Positions 8,873 to 19,160 of a stretch of 32,000 bases of DNA are shown here, piece after piece. The stretch comes from Trichodesmium erythraeum IMS101 (GTDB lineage Bacteria > Cyanobacteriota > Cyanobacteriia > Cyanobacteriales > Microcoleaceae). The notes beneath the pieces are model-generated. The model saw nothing but the letters and a program-made list of their open reading frames with translations, was not told the DNA's origin and searched no databases. Location of the stretch: positions 1,380,001 through 1,412,000 of the forward strand of contig NC_008312.1 of assembly GCF_000014265.1 (NCBI RefSeq), in the 5' to 3' direction. Made by a program: the position numbers and the translations under genes. Position 1 is the stretch's first letter, and each line of letters begins with the position of its first letter.

Positions 8873-9853
8873 ATGACTAATAAAGAACCAGAAAAATTGG
8901 AAAATAGCACTGCTAAAACTAGACAACTATTAGGAATGAAAGGTGCTGCAAGTGGAGAAACTAATATTTGGAAAATCCGTCTGCAATTAATGAAACCCAT
9001 AACTTGGATTCCTTTGATATGGGGAGTAGTATGCGGTGCTGCATCTTCAGGAAATTATAGTTGGAATCTAGAAAATGTGTTGATGTCTGCTGCTTGTATG
9101 TTATTAGCAGGACCTTTGATGGCGGGTTATACACAAACTTTAAATGATTTTTATGACCGGGAAATAGACGCTATTAATGAACCTTATCGACCCATTCCTT
9201 CTGGTGCAATTTCTATTTCTCAAGTTGTGACTCAAATTGTTTTTTTGTTATTAGCAGGAGTTGGTTTATCATATCTCTTAGATTTGTCTGCTGGTCACGA
9301 ATTTCCAATTCTTACTATGCTTTGTTTATTAGGTGCATTTTTAGCTTATATTTATTCGGCACCACCACTGAAGTTAAAACAAAATGGTTGGTTAGGAAAT
9401 TATGCTTTAGGTTCTAGTTATATTGCTTTGCCTTGGTGGACTGGTCATGCTTTATTTGGAGAGCTAAATTTAACTATTGTAATTCTGACTTTGTTTTATA
9501 GTTTTGCTGGATTAGGAATTGCAGTAGTTAATGATTTTAAGAGTGTAGAGGGAGATGAAAAGTTAGGTTTAAAATCCTTACCTGTAATGTTTGGTATTGG
9601 TACTGCTGCTTGGATATGTGTATTAATGATTGATATTTTTCAAGCTGGAGTTGCAGTTTATTTAATTAGCATTAAAGAAAATTTGTATGCTGTTATTTTG
9701 TTGTTAATGGTAATTCCTCAGATTACTTTTCAGGATATGTATTTTCTCAGAAACCCTCTAGAAAATGATGTAAAATATCAAGCAAGCGCTCAACCTTTTT
9801 TAGTATTAGGTATGTTAATTACAGGTTTAGCTTTAGGTCATGCAGGAGTTTAG
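8873..9853 (+). CDS. chlG: Chlorophyll a synthase (UbiA-family prenyltransferase)
   Basis: 326 aa. RQLLGMKGA..IWKIRLQLMKPITWIPLIWGVVCGAASSG, NDFYDREIDAINEPYRPIPSGAIS, YSAPPLKLKQNGWLGNYALG and VNDFKSVEGD..LGLKSLPVMFG closely match the ChlG sequence as I recall it from model cyanobacteria. Confidence 0.95.
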   Translation: MTNKEPEKLENSTAKTRQLLGMKGAASGETNIWKIRLQLMKPITWIPLIWGVVCGAASSGNYSWNLENVLMSAACMLLAGPLMAGYTQTLNDFYDREIDAINEPYRPIPSGAISISQVVTQIVFLLLAGVGLSYLLDLSAGHEFPILTMLCLLGAFLAYIYSAPPLKLKQNGWLGNYALGSSYIALPWWTGHALFGELNLTIVILTLFYSFAGLGIAVVNDFKSVEGDEKLGLKSLPVMFGIGTAAWICVLMIDIFQAGVAVYLISIKENLYAVILLLMVIPQITFQDMYFLRNPLENDVKYQASAQPFLVLGMLITGLALGHAGV

Positions 9854-10039
9854 TATTGAAGAAATAAGGATGAAAACAATAGGAAAAATGCTAATAATTT
9901 AACTATAATAATCCTAAATAATTTGATAAAAAAAATAGTAAGATTTGGGTAACAAAAATCAAGGAAAAATATAAATTTGGAGGCCAAACCTAAGCAAAAA
10001 TATTACAAGTTATTTAGGATTACTATAAAAAGTGATGAT

Positions 10040-10720
10040 GACTTTTAAGAAAACAGATATTACTATAATTAATTATGAAAAAAAAGATGATATTAGCAGT
10101 AAACAATTAATTGGAATTTGCCCAAGTATTTGGGTCTAATTAGAAACTTTTTTATTTCTATAAAAATGTTTTTTTACTGTACGGATATGAGATATAAGTT
10201 GAAGTTTATTATAATCCCATATTGGCAATGTTCAGAGAGAAAATTTATAACTCTTCGATACTGTACAAGATAATATTGTTTACGGTAGGTTAAATGGCAC
10301 AGATAAAGAAATTAATCATAGCAATAGAAACAATTAAATATCACAACTTCCGACTTGAATTTTACTGATGGTTATAACTCTATTATTGGGGAGCAAGGAG
10401 TGAAATTATCAGGAGAAAAAAGACAAAAAAAGCAATCGCCAGAGTTTTGTTAAAAAATTCCCAAATTGTCATTTTAGATGAAGCAACTTCAGCTTTAGAC
10501 TCAGAGTCATAAAAATTAATTCAAAAGTCTGTAAAAAAACTTTTTTAAGGATATAATTAGTATAGTTATTACTCATCGGTCATCAATTATTTATCATATT
10601 GATTTAATTTTGGTTCAATAAATTGGTACAATAGTAGAAATGGAAACTCATGCATAATTAACTGTTTAAGAAGCTAGGTATGTTAATATTTATCAATTAT
10701 AATTTTCTCAACTTTTTTTA
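10040..10720 (+). pseudogene. Relic of the nucleotide-binding domain of an MsbA-type ABC exporter
   Basis: Translation across frames gives LFDTVQDNIVYGRLNGTDKEI and [51 protein letters not shown], which contains a degenerate LSGGQ signature plus Walker B/D-loop. It also gives IVITHRSSII.HIDLILV (H-loop) and NIYQL*FSQLF (C-terminus). Multiple in-frame stops and at least one frameshift are present. No transmembrane domain lies upstream, since chlG ends at 9853. A Walker A remnant may extend the relic to about 9960. Confidence 0.8.
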
Positions 10721-10842
10721 GAATAGGAAAAGTCATACATTTATGTATAAAAAGTAATCTCTAGTAATCTTTGACAACTGATAACTTAACTGAAAAAAAA
10801 GGGTATAGTTAGGGTGTATCAACTACAATTTTCTCAACTTTT
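10691..10842 (+). repeat. Imperfect 26-bp direct repeat (10691-10716 and 10817-10842)
   Basis: tatcaattataattttctcaactttt versus tatcaactacaattttctcaactttt, with 2 mismatches. The first copy is the 3' end of the ABC relic. Confidence 0.85.
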
Positions 10843-11015
10843 ATAACCTAGCGATCTTCCCTGTCTATTGCTTTACCAAACCCTTGATAAAATCTGTTGT
10901 CAGACTCTAGCTTCAGTAGTAATATAGACCTCTAGGATAGTCGTGGCTATATACCTGCTACCGAATTTGATATAACTAATAAAGTTTTAATTCTCAGGAA
11001 TTACGCAAACTAACC

Positions 11016-11040
11016 AATAAACCGGGTTTATTACCCTAAT
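11016..11040. repeat. Palindromic motif copy; right arm of the 21-bp perfect inverted repeat
   Basis: AATAAACC-G-GGTTTATT (11016-11032) is a perfect 8+1+8 palindrome centred about 82 bp upstream of the PBP start. 11020-11040 (aaccgggtttattaccctaat) is the reverse complement of 8788-8808. Confidence 0.9.
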
Positions 11041-11105
11041 CATTGTTGTTCAAAGCTTGTTTTAAGTCAGTTCTGATAGTATAAAAACAAATATAAGAGA
11101 AAAAA

Positions 11106-13301
11106 GTGGCAAATAAAAAACAGAAAAATATTAAAGAGATATTCTCAGAAACAGAGGCTGATATAATCAGAAAATCTAAGTATATAGAGTCTCAGGTTAG
11201 GAACAATAAAAATAATTTTAATCCTGTATCAAATATGTTGAGTCAAAAATTTCAAGAGCCCTTACAAGCACCAAAATTTGATGGCAGAAAAAGCCAGAAA
11301 AAAAAAGTTAATCCTGTAGAAAAAAAGACAGGTAAAAAGGTTATAGACGTAAATATAAAAGGAATTTTATTGAGTTGGAAGCTATGGTTAGGGTTAGGTT
11401 TGATTGGAATTAGTAGTATTATGATTTACGGTGGGTGGATGTGGCGAAAATTAGAGCAAAGCTTACCAGAAGTTGCCGATATTTCCTCCTATAGAAGAGA
11501 TGGTACTTTAACGATCAAAGCTACAGATGGTAAAATTATACAACAAACCGGACCTGCCACTCGAGAAAAAATTAAATTACAAGATATTCCTACTCCTTTA
11601 GTTCAAGCTTTTATTGCTGTTGAAGACAGACGTTTCTATGAACATAGAGGAGTTGATTATCCAGGAGTTATTCGAGCATTTATATTGAATATAATTGCTA
11701 GAGATATAGTTCAAGGGGGTAGCACTATTACCCAACAGTTAGCACGGATGGTTTTCCTTGATATGGAACAAAGTATTTGGCGTAAACTTCGGGAAGCAAT
11801 GCTAGCTTGGAAAATAGAAAATGAGCTATCTAAAGAAGAAATTCTAGAATTATATCTAAATATAGTTTATCTGGGGTCAGGTACTTATGGAGTCGCTGAT
11901 GCAGCCTGGGTTTACTTTAGCCAACCAGTTTTCGGACTAACTTTAGCACAAATGGCAACTTTGGCAGGTTTGCCTCCTGCACCCAGTCAATATTCACCTT
12001 TGGTTAACGAAGAAGCTGCTAAACGTCGGCGAAATCTAGTATTAAAAGAAATGCAAGCAGCAGGTTTGATTTCTGATGAGCGAACAAAAAGAGCGATCGC
12101 TCAACCAATGAAAATAAAACCTAGTGCGCCAAAACGTCTCATAGTTGAAGCTCCATATTTTGCTAACTATATTCAGAAAGAGTTACCGAAATATGTTTCC
12201 TCAGAAGTTATAATGGCAGGAGGTTTAACTGTAGAAACTACTCTGGATAGGCGTTGGCAAGAAATAGGGGAAAAAGTAATTCAAGAAGCTGTTGATATTG
12301 ATGGTTATCGTCAAAGGTTTGACCAAGCAGCATTAGTCGCTATTGATGCTAATACTGGAGAGGTTAAGGCGTTAGTAGGAGGTCGAGATTTTGCTAAGAG
12401 TGAATTTAACCGAGCTATTCAAGCGCAACGTCAACCAGGTTCAACTTTTAAAAGTTTTGTCTATGCTGCTGCGGTTGCTGCTGGTATTCCTCCGACTAAT
12501 GGTTATCGAGATTTACCGTTTACAGTAGATGGTTATAAACCCAAAAATTATGGTAAAAAGTATGGTGGTTGGCGATCAATGATTGATTCTTTGGCATATT
12601 CTGTAAATGTGGTGGCAGTGCAGGTGTTGATAGATGTAGGGTTTGAACCTGTGATTAATTTAGCTAAGGATATGGGGATTAAATCTGAGGTTAAGGCTAC
12701 TTATTCTATGGCGTTGGGTAGTTGGGAGGTTAATTTATTAGAGCTGACAAATGCTTATGCGACTTTTGCTGCACAGGGTAAGTATATTCCAGCTCATGGA
12801 ATCAAAAAAGTAATTAATCAAAACGGTAAGGTTATCTATGAGAGTAATTTTAAACCAAAGCAGGTGTTAGATAAGGATAGTGCGGCAATTGTTACCTGGA
12901 TGTTGGAGAATGTGGTGAAATATGGTAGCGGAGCGAATGCTTATTTGTCTGATCGCCCTGTTGCAGGTAAAACTGGTACGACTGAAGAGGCCCGAGATTT
13001 GTGGTTTATTGGTTATATTCCCCAAGTGGCAACTGGAATTTGGTTTGGTAATGATGATAATAAACCTACTTGGGGTGTGAGTAGTACAGCAGCTTATAAT
13101 TGGCAACAGTTTATGAGGAAAGTAGCTAAAGATATACCTGTGAAAAATTTTCCGAAAAAGCCCAGTTTTTACGATCGCAAACCTACTATTGAATCTAAAC
13201 CAGTGACACCAAGATGGACTAGGTATGGGAATGTTGGGCCTGATGGTAGGGAGTTAGAAAAAAGAAATTATTATAGAGATTATTATGATGGGAGTTATTA
13301 G
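11106..13301 (+). CDS. Class A (bifunctional transglycosylase/transpeptidase) penicillin-binding protein, PBP1A family
   Basis: 731 aa with a GTG start, a basic N-terminal tail and a single TM segment. GT51 motifs are EDRRFYEHRGVD, GGSTITQQLAR and RKLREA. Transpeptidase motifs are STFK (SxxK), SVN (SxN) and KTGTT. Confidence 0.92.
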   Translation: MANKKQKNIKEIFSETEADIIRKSKYIESQVRNNKNNFNPVSNMLSQKFQEPLQAPKFDGRKSQKKKVNPVEKKTGKKVIDVNIKGILLSWKLWLGLGLIGISSIMIYGGWMWRKLEQSLPEVADISSYRRDGTLTIKATDGKIIQQTGPATREKIKLQDIPTPLVQAFIAVEDRRFYEHRGVDYPGVIRAFILNIIARDIVQGGSTITQQLARMVFLDMEQSIWRKLREAMLAWKIENELSKEEILELYLNIVYLGSGTYGVADAAWVYFSQPVFGLTLAQMATLAGLPPAPSQYSPLVNEEAAKRRRNLVLKEMQAAGLISDERTKRAIAQPMKIKPSAPKRLIVEAPYFANYIQKELPKYVSSEVIMAGGLTVETTLDRRWQEIGEKVIQEAVDIDGYRQRFDQAALVAIDANTGEVKALVGGRDFAKSEFNRAIQAQRQPGSTFKSFVYAAAVAAGIPPTNGYRDLPFTVDGYKPKNYGKKYGGWRSMIDSLAYSVNVVAVQVLIDVGFEPVINLAKDMGIKSEVKATYSMALGSWEVNLLELTNAYATFAAQGKYIPAHGIKKVINQNGKVIYESNFKPKQVLDKDSAAIVTWMLENVVKYGSGANAYLSDRPVAGKTGTTEEARDLWFIGYIPQVATGIWFGNDDNKPTWGVSSTAAYNWQQFMRKVAKDIPVKNFPKKPSFYDRKPTIESKPVTPRWTRYGNVGPDGRELEKRNYYRDYYDGSY

Positions 13302-14262
13302 ATTTTTTTGAGAAAAAGGATAACTGATGCTTTAATATTTATGCACTGATAAAATGCAAATTATTAATCCTGTCTTTTGTTCTAAGTATGATGGAAAAAA
13401 GGAAGGGCAAAAAGACAGGCGGTGCAAGTTTTGTTAACTTAGTTTTACTGAACCTAATTCAAAATGTATTTTTTAGCTGCTCACCTCACCCATAGTCTCA
13501 TAAAAATGTTTCTTGGTGTATATTACAGCTATAAAAATTTATTTCTCTAATTTCCTTGTTGGAATAAATATACTTTTTTTTGTATTCATAAAAATCTCTT
13601 AAAAAGGAGTCATGAAAAATAGTTTTATACTATAAATAATGCGAGATTAAATATTTGTTTGAGTCTAGATAAAAGAGGATAGAATATTATTTGATTGGAG
13701 ATTATTTTCTAATAAATCTCTTTATATTCTTGTCTTATATCGGATAATATTTTATTTTTCATTATTATCACTATAAATAAGGTAAACTTCATTTTTCATC
13801 AAAAACTTAAGTACTATATCCAGGTTTTAAATTTATATTCTTAATGTATTATATAAATTCTTAACTGGTTACGAAAATTTTTATTAATTTTCAGAGAAAA
13901 TCTTTCTAACTCTAACTTTTAATTTCTGATACCAAATTCCCCAAGCATAAGAGAATATTTTTTAAATTTACCGCCGGGGAGATTATTTTTATATCCTAAT
14001 TTTGTATAACTTAGTAAATACCACAAAAATATTTTAATTGAAATGGAATTTCTATATGTATGTATGAAAAAATATATGCCTCTATACCTCAAAAAACTAA
14101 ATAGTTGTATGATTATAAATATTTTGTATAATAGTATTTATTTAGCAATGGTACAGTTTGCTCAGACAAAAATATTAAGGTAATTATAATTGTTTGACTG
14201 ACAGGGTAGTCCCCTAAAAATGGTATATTATATTCCTTATTTCTTATTTTTACTTGATTATA

Positions 14263-15375
14263 ATGTTTGATTGTATAATAGTTGGTTCCGGACCCGCAGG
14301 AGCAAGTGCTGCATATCATCTGGCAAAAAACGGACGTTCTGTATTAGTTTTAGAAAAAGAAACTTTACCTCGATATAAACCCTGTGGAGGTGGAGTTTCT
14401 CCTATTGTTCAAGAATGGTTTGATTTTGATTTTACACCAGCTATTTCTTTGAAAATTAACTCCATTTGTTATACTTGGAAAAAAGGCGATTTAGTAGAAG
14501 TAAAATTACAAAATAAACAACCTATTTGGATGGTACGTCGAGAAATTTTTGATTATTTTATTATTCAAAAAGCACAAAAACAAGGGGCTGAAATTAGAGA
14601 TAAAACTAGAGTTATAGGTATAGAATTTAAGAACAATAATTGGCAAGTTTATACAGATAATCAGTCATTTACTTCTCCCTATTTAATTGCTGCTGATGGT
14701 GCTAAAGGTTCAATGGCAAAATGGTTAGGATTTAAAAATCGTAAACGTTTTGCTGGTGGAGCGATGGAAATAGAAATACCAGTTAAAAATCAGAAAATTG
14801 ATAGTGCTTATTTTGAGTTTGGGATGTTAAATAATGGCTATGTTTGGAATTTTCCTAAAGCTGATGGATACTCAATAGGGGTTGGTACATTTTGGCGAAA
14901 ACACGGTCAAAATTTTACGGCTTTATTAACAGAATATACGAGTATGTTTGAGGTAAATATTCAAAATGTTCAGAAGTTTGGTCATCCTTTATGTTTATGG
15001 AATGGAAATCAAAAATTACATACTCAAAATGCTGTTTTAGCAGGAGAAGCAGCTTGTATTGTTGACCCTTTTACTGCAGAAGGAATTCGCCCTTCTATAT
15101 TTACAGGTGTTAAAGCAGCAAGAGCAATACATAATTCTCTAAATGGTGATTTATTTGCTTTAGAAAAGTATACTCAAATAATTAATGAAGAATGGGGGAA
15201 AGATATGGTATGGGCACAACGTTTAGCTCAAGGATTTTCTCGTTTTTCACATATTGGTTATCAAGTAGGTGTGAAGCGACCTCATGCTACTAATATTATG
15301 ACAAAAATTATGTCAGGAGAATTGCGTTATTCTGATGTAGTGGGTTCTGCTTTACGACGACTTTGGCAAAGGTGA
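14263..15375 (+). CDS. Geranylgeranyl reductase-family FAD-dependent oxidoreductase
   Basis: The N-terminal MFDCIIVGSGPAGASAAYHLAKNGRSVLVLEKE is a GxGxxG FAD-binding fold. LIAADGAKGSMAKWLG and AGEAACIVDPFTAEGI are typical of the family. The track ORF starts at TTG 14254; I prefer ATG 14263 because it places the dinucleotide fold at the N-terminus. It is shorter than, and differs at the N-terminus from, ChlP as I recall it, so I do not call it chlP. Confidence 0.8.
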   Translation: MFDCIIVGSGPAGASAAYHLAKNGRSVLVLEKETLPRYKPCGGGVSPIVQEWFDFDFTPAISLKINSICYTWKKGDLVEVKLQNKQPIWMVRREIFDYFIIQKAQKQGAEIRDKTRVIGIEFKNNNWQVYTDNQSFTSPYLIAADGAKGSMAKWLGFKNRKRFAGGAMEIEIPVKNQKIDSAYFEFGMLNNGYVWNFPKADGYSIGVGTFWRKHGQNFTALLTEYTSMFEVNIQNVQKFGHPLCLWNGNQKLHTQNAVLAGEAACIVDPFTAEGIRPSIFTGVKAARAIHNSLNGDLFALEKYTQIINEEWGKDMVWAQRLAQGFSRFSHIGYQVGVKRPHATNIMTKIMSGELRYSDVVGSALRRLWQR

Positions 15376-15949
15376 AAAGTAGGGAATACCATTTGATGTA
15401 AGTCAAAGTTTAACAGAAAAAGGATTAAATAATGGGGTAGCTAGTCATACAGAAAAAAATAGCGATCGCTTATTATCAAATACTAATATTAATATTATCA
15501 AACATTACGAAGATATTAGCTGTTTTCTAGAACCAGATTTAGTCATCAAAGAATTTATAGAGCTTTTAAGTAGTATTGACTATGGCAGCGATATTGAAAA
15601 TTTACTTGAGTAAAAGACTGGGACAAAAAGTCATCCCTGAATGAATTTTTCTGGGGAAAATGCTCCGCGAACAGAATTGACTAATCTCCTCACCCTAAAT
15701 AGGTATTACTATATTTAGGTAGTACTACATTATCGAAAAAAGCGATCGCTCCTCAACTCCAATATAAGCATTCAACAATTAACAGTCAGCTTCAGCGCTA
15801 AGGCTACCTTCGGAATGCTACGCGAACGAAATTCTGTGCAAACAGAACTTTGTAATTCTCCTTAGAGACTAACTAATTCCTCCTTCCAATATAACTAAGT
15901 TAATAACTCATATCTGATAGCTGACTGCTGAATACTTACAACCCAACTA

Positions 15950-18900
15950 TCACCTGCTCAATTTTTCCGCACTATCCTGATTTTTATCATTAACAGGAGC
16001 AGTTTTACTATTTCCATTAACAGAACCATTACTAATCTCATCACCATCTGCCGAATATTGAGCATGCTTACGAAATAAACCGAACTGCAAACTCTTCCCC
16101 ATCACCACATAAAACACAGGCACTACATACAAAGTCAAAACTGTAGACACCAACATTCCACCCATAACCGACATTCCGATGGAAACCCGACTAGCAGCGC
16201 CTGGACCAGAAGCAAACGCCAAGGGCATCACCCCAAAAATTGTCGAAAACCCTGTCATCAAAATCGGACGAAACCGCAACCGCGATGCCTCAATAGCAGC
16301 TTTAGTAATAGACATTCCCTCTGCCAATAACTGGTTAGCAAATTCCACAATCAAAATTGAATTCTTAGTTGCCAAACCAATTAACATAATTAACCCAATA
16401 CGACTGTAAACATTCACCTCTAAATCTGCCAACCATAACGCCCCAAAAGCACCCAACAAAGATAAAGGTACCGACAATAAAATCACCAGCGGGTCGATAT
16501 AACTCTCAAACTGAGCTGCCAAAGTTAAGAAAATAAAAATTAATGCCAACCCAAAAATATATGTCGTTGCCTGACCAGCATCTCGAAACTGGGATGACTC
16601 ACCCTTTAGATCTATCCGCATATCAGCAGGTAAAACCCGATCCGCCAAATCGTATAATGCTTGCAATGCCTCACCCAAACTAACTCCTGGAGCCGGACTT
16701 CCTGTAATTGTTGCCGAACGAAAGCGGTTAAAATGATTAATCTCAGGAGGAGTTGTGCTTGTCTTCACAGTCACCACATTACTCAAAGGTATCATCACCC
16801 CTTGCTCAGTTCGCACATATAGATCCTCAATATCTTGGAGATTATTGCGAAACTCATCCTCAGCCCGCACAATTACATCATAGCGCTGGTTTCCTTGAGT
16901 AAAATTCGTAATATCTTCCCCACCCATCATAATTTGTAATGTCTGAGCAATATTCTCTACCGATATCCCTAAATTAGCAGCTTGGTAACGATTTATTTCT
17001 ACTACGATCTCAGGCTTATTAATTTTTAAATCTGTGTCAACATTTTTTAGTTGGGGTAACTGTTGCGCCTCATTGTTAAATTCTTCAGATACTCGCACTA
17101 ACTCTTCAAAATCATTTCCCTGCAAGACAAACTGTATGGAGCGACTAAGACCAGTACCAGGTAATGAACCAGGATTAATTGGAAATATTCGTGCATCTGT
17201 AATTGGTGCAAATGCTCTAAATAACTTTTTGACAACTTCTTGTTGTGCTTGCCCTGGTTTTGTCCGTTCTGACCAGGGTTTCAAGTTGGTGAAAGCAAAA
17301 GCTCGGTTAGCTTGAGCTGAACGACCGAACCCAGTAATACTGAAATAACCTTTCATTTCGGGAACTTGAGCAAGTTTATTTTCTACCTGACCCATGACAT
17401 TGTCAGTATATTCAATGCTTACCCCTTCTGGTGCAGTTACAGAAACAAATACTCTTCCGCGATCTTCTGTGGGCAAAAATCCTTGGGGCAACTGTTGAAA
17501 TAACCAAACTATTATCCAAAAAGATAGGATAAATCCTAAAATTACTAATGGTTTGATTCTCATCAACAGACGTAATGAGCGATCGTATATTACTGAAATG
17601 CGACTGAGAGCATAATCAAATAAATTAAGGGGAATGGTAAATAAACGAGAGATAAAATTTTTTTGTTCCTCTGGTTCTTGTTTTTTAAGAATTCGCCCTG
17701 ACAATGATGGTGCTAATGTCAGAGCAACAAAGGTAGAAAACACTACTGACACTGCAATAGTTAGGGCAAATTCATTAAATATTCGCCCTGCACCCCCACC
17801 GGAAAATCCTACAGGTAGAAATACTGCAATTAAGACAATGGTTGTGGCAATGACAGCAAATACAACTTCCCCGACTCCTAATATTGCAGCTTCCATGGGA
17901 GTTTTGCCTTTCTGTTGAATATATCGAACAATATTTTCTAAGATCACAATAGCATCATCTACTACCAAACCTGTTGAAAGTGTTAGAGCAAATAAGGTGA
18001 GAGTGTTGATAGAAAATCCCATGAAAAACATTACCCCAAAGGCACCAATGAGGGAAATGGGAATGGTGATAGTAGGAATAATTGTTGCCCGCCAATTTTG
18101 CAAAAACATATAGATAACTAAGACAACTAAACAGATGGCGAATAGCAAACTTTTCCAGACTTCTTTGATGGCAACTTCCACAAATGTTGAGTAGTCAACG
18201 CTGACGTAGTATTCCATTCCATCGGGAAAATCTTTAGATAATTCTTTCATCCTAGTTTTGACACTTGTGGCAACTTCTATGATATTTGCTCCGGAAAGCT
18301 TACTAATTCCAATACCTATTGCTGGTTTACCATTATAGCGAGCAATTGTGCGATTACTTTCTGCTCCAATTTCTGCTCTACCAATATCTTTGAATCTTGT
18401 CAGAGAGGTGTCATCATTGCGTCTGATCACCAAGTTTTCGTAAGCTTCTGGTGTTTGTAGACGACCAATAGTGCGGATGGGGTATTCTGTAGATTTTCCT
18501 TCTATTCTACCACTGGGAATTTCTACGTTTTGTTGTCTAAGAGCTTGTTTGACATCTAAAGCAGTAATATTTCGAGCAGCCATTTTTTGGGGGTTTAACC
18601 ATAGTCGCATGGCGTAACGACGTTCGCCTCCGATAAAAACACTACCCACTCCATTAACAGTTTCTAAGATATTTTTAATGAATTTATCGGCATAGTTGCT
18701 TAATTCTAATGATGAATATTTTTCCCCAGTTAGGGAAAGCCAAATAATTCTTTCTTCATCGCTACTTCGTTTAGAAACTACTGGTGCATCAACTTCATTG
18801 GGAAGTCTTCTCATGGCACGGGAGACACGACTACGAACATCTTGAGCTGCTGCTTCTATATTGCGACTCAGTTGAAATTCAACGTTTATGGAACTTGAAC

Positions 18901-19156
18901 CTTCCCTGGTGCTAGATGTCAGAGTTTTCACACCTTCAACACCATTAATTTCTGCTTCCAGAATTTCTGTTACTTCTGTTTCTACTACTTCTGGGCTAGC
19001 TCCTGGGTAGTTGGTTCGTACACTGACTACTGGGGTATCAATGCTAGGAAATTCTTGTACTGGTAGACTGATATAACCGACTAATCCAATTAGGATAATT
19101 AGTAGGGAACACACTGAGGCAAATACTGGTCTTTTGATGAAAAAATTTGTAAACAT
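15950..19156 (-). CDS. RND efflux transporter permease subunit (AcrB/HAE1 family)
   Basis: 1068 aa with the canonical N-terminus MFTNFFIKRPVFA, two large periplasmic loops alternating with 12 predicted TM segments, and conserved VVDDAIVILENI and LATKNSILIVEFAN blocks. Confidence 0.93.
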   Translation of the reverse strand: MFTNFFIKRPVFASVCSLLIILIGLVGYISLPVQEFPSIDTPVVSVRTNYPGASPEVVETEVTEILEAEINGVEGVKTLTSSTREGSSSINVEFQLSRNIEAAAQDVRSRVSRAMRRLPNEVDAPVVSKRSSDEERIIWLSLTGEKYSSLELSNYADKFIKNILETVNGVGSVFIGGERRYAMRLWLNPQKMAARNITALDVKQALRQQNVEIPSGRIEGKSTEYPIRTIGRLQTPEAYENLVIRRNDDTSLTRFKDIGRAEIGAESNRTIARYNGKPAIGIGISKLSGANIIEVATSVKTRMKELSKDFPDGMEYYVSVDYSTFVEVAIKEVWKSLLFAICLVVLVIYMFLQNWRATIIPTITIPISLIGAFGVMFFMGFSINTLTLFALTLSTGLVVDDAIVILENIVRYIQQKGKTPMEAAILGVGEVVFAVIATTIVLIAVFLPVGFSGGGAGRIFNEFALTIAVSVVFSTFVALTLAPSLSGRILKKQEPEEQKNFISRLFTIPLNLFDYALSRISVIYDRSLRLLMRIKPLVILGFILSFWIIVWLFQQLPQGFLPTEDRGRVFVSVTAPEGVSIEYTDNVMGQVENKLAQVPEMKGYFSITGFGRSAQANRAFAFTNLKPWSERTKPGQAQQEVVKKLFRAFAPITDARIFPINPGSLPGTGLSRSIQFVLQGNDFEELVRVSEEFNNEAQQLPQLKNVDTDLKINKPEIVVEINRYQAANLGISVENIAQTLQIMMGGEDITNFTQGNQRYDVIVRAEDEFRNNLQDIEDLYVRTEQGVMIPLSNVVTVKTSTTPPEINHFNRFRSATITGSPAPGVSLGEALQALYDLADRVLPADMRIDLKGESSQFRDAGQATTYIFGLALIFIFLTLAAQFESYIDPLVILLSVPLSLLGAFGALWLADLEVNVYSRIGLIMLIGLATKNSILIVEFANQLLAEGMSITKAAIEASRLRFRPILMTGFSTIFGVMPLAFASGPGAASRVSIGMSVMGGMLVSTVLTLYVVPVFYVVMGKSLQFGLFRKHAQYSADGDEISNGSVNGNSKTAPVNDKNQDSAEKLSR

Positions 19157-19160
19157 TTAT

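Noticed and set aside
8788-11040. The 21-bp inverted repeats as termini of a transposon carrying chlG
   Set aside because: There is no transposase inside, no flanking direct target duplication (outer flanks gtattaa versus cattgtt), and the cargo is an essential housekeeping gene. The core also occurs singly elsewhere (8742, 19462). A regulatory site or small repeat family is more plausible.
12867-13106. Track ORFs antisense to, or nested in, well-supported genes (12867..13106, 16179..16409, 17034..17315, 17634..17918, 21813..22028, 26688..26879, 28280..28462, 31394..31627)
   Set aside because: Each lies entirely within a conserved CDS on the opposite strand and has low-complexity or unrecognisable sequence. 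They are shadow ORFs.
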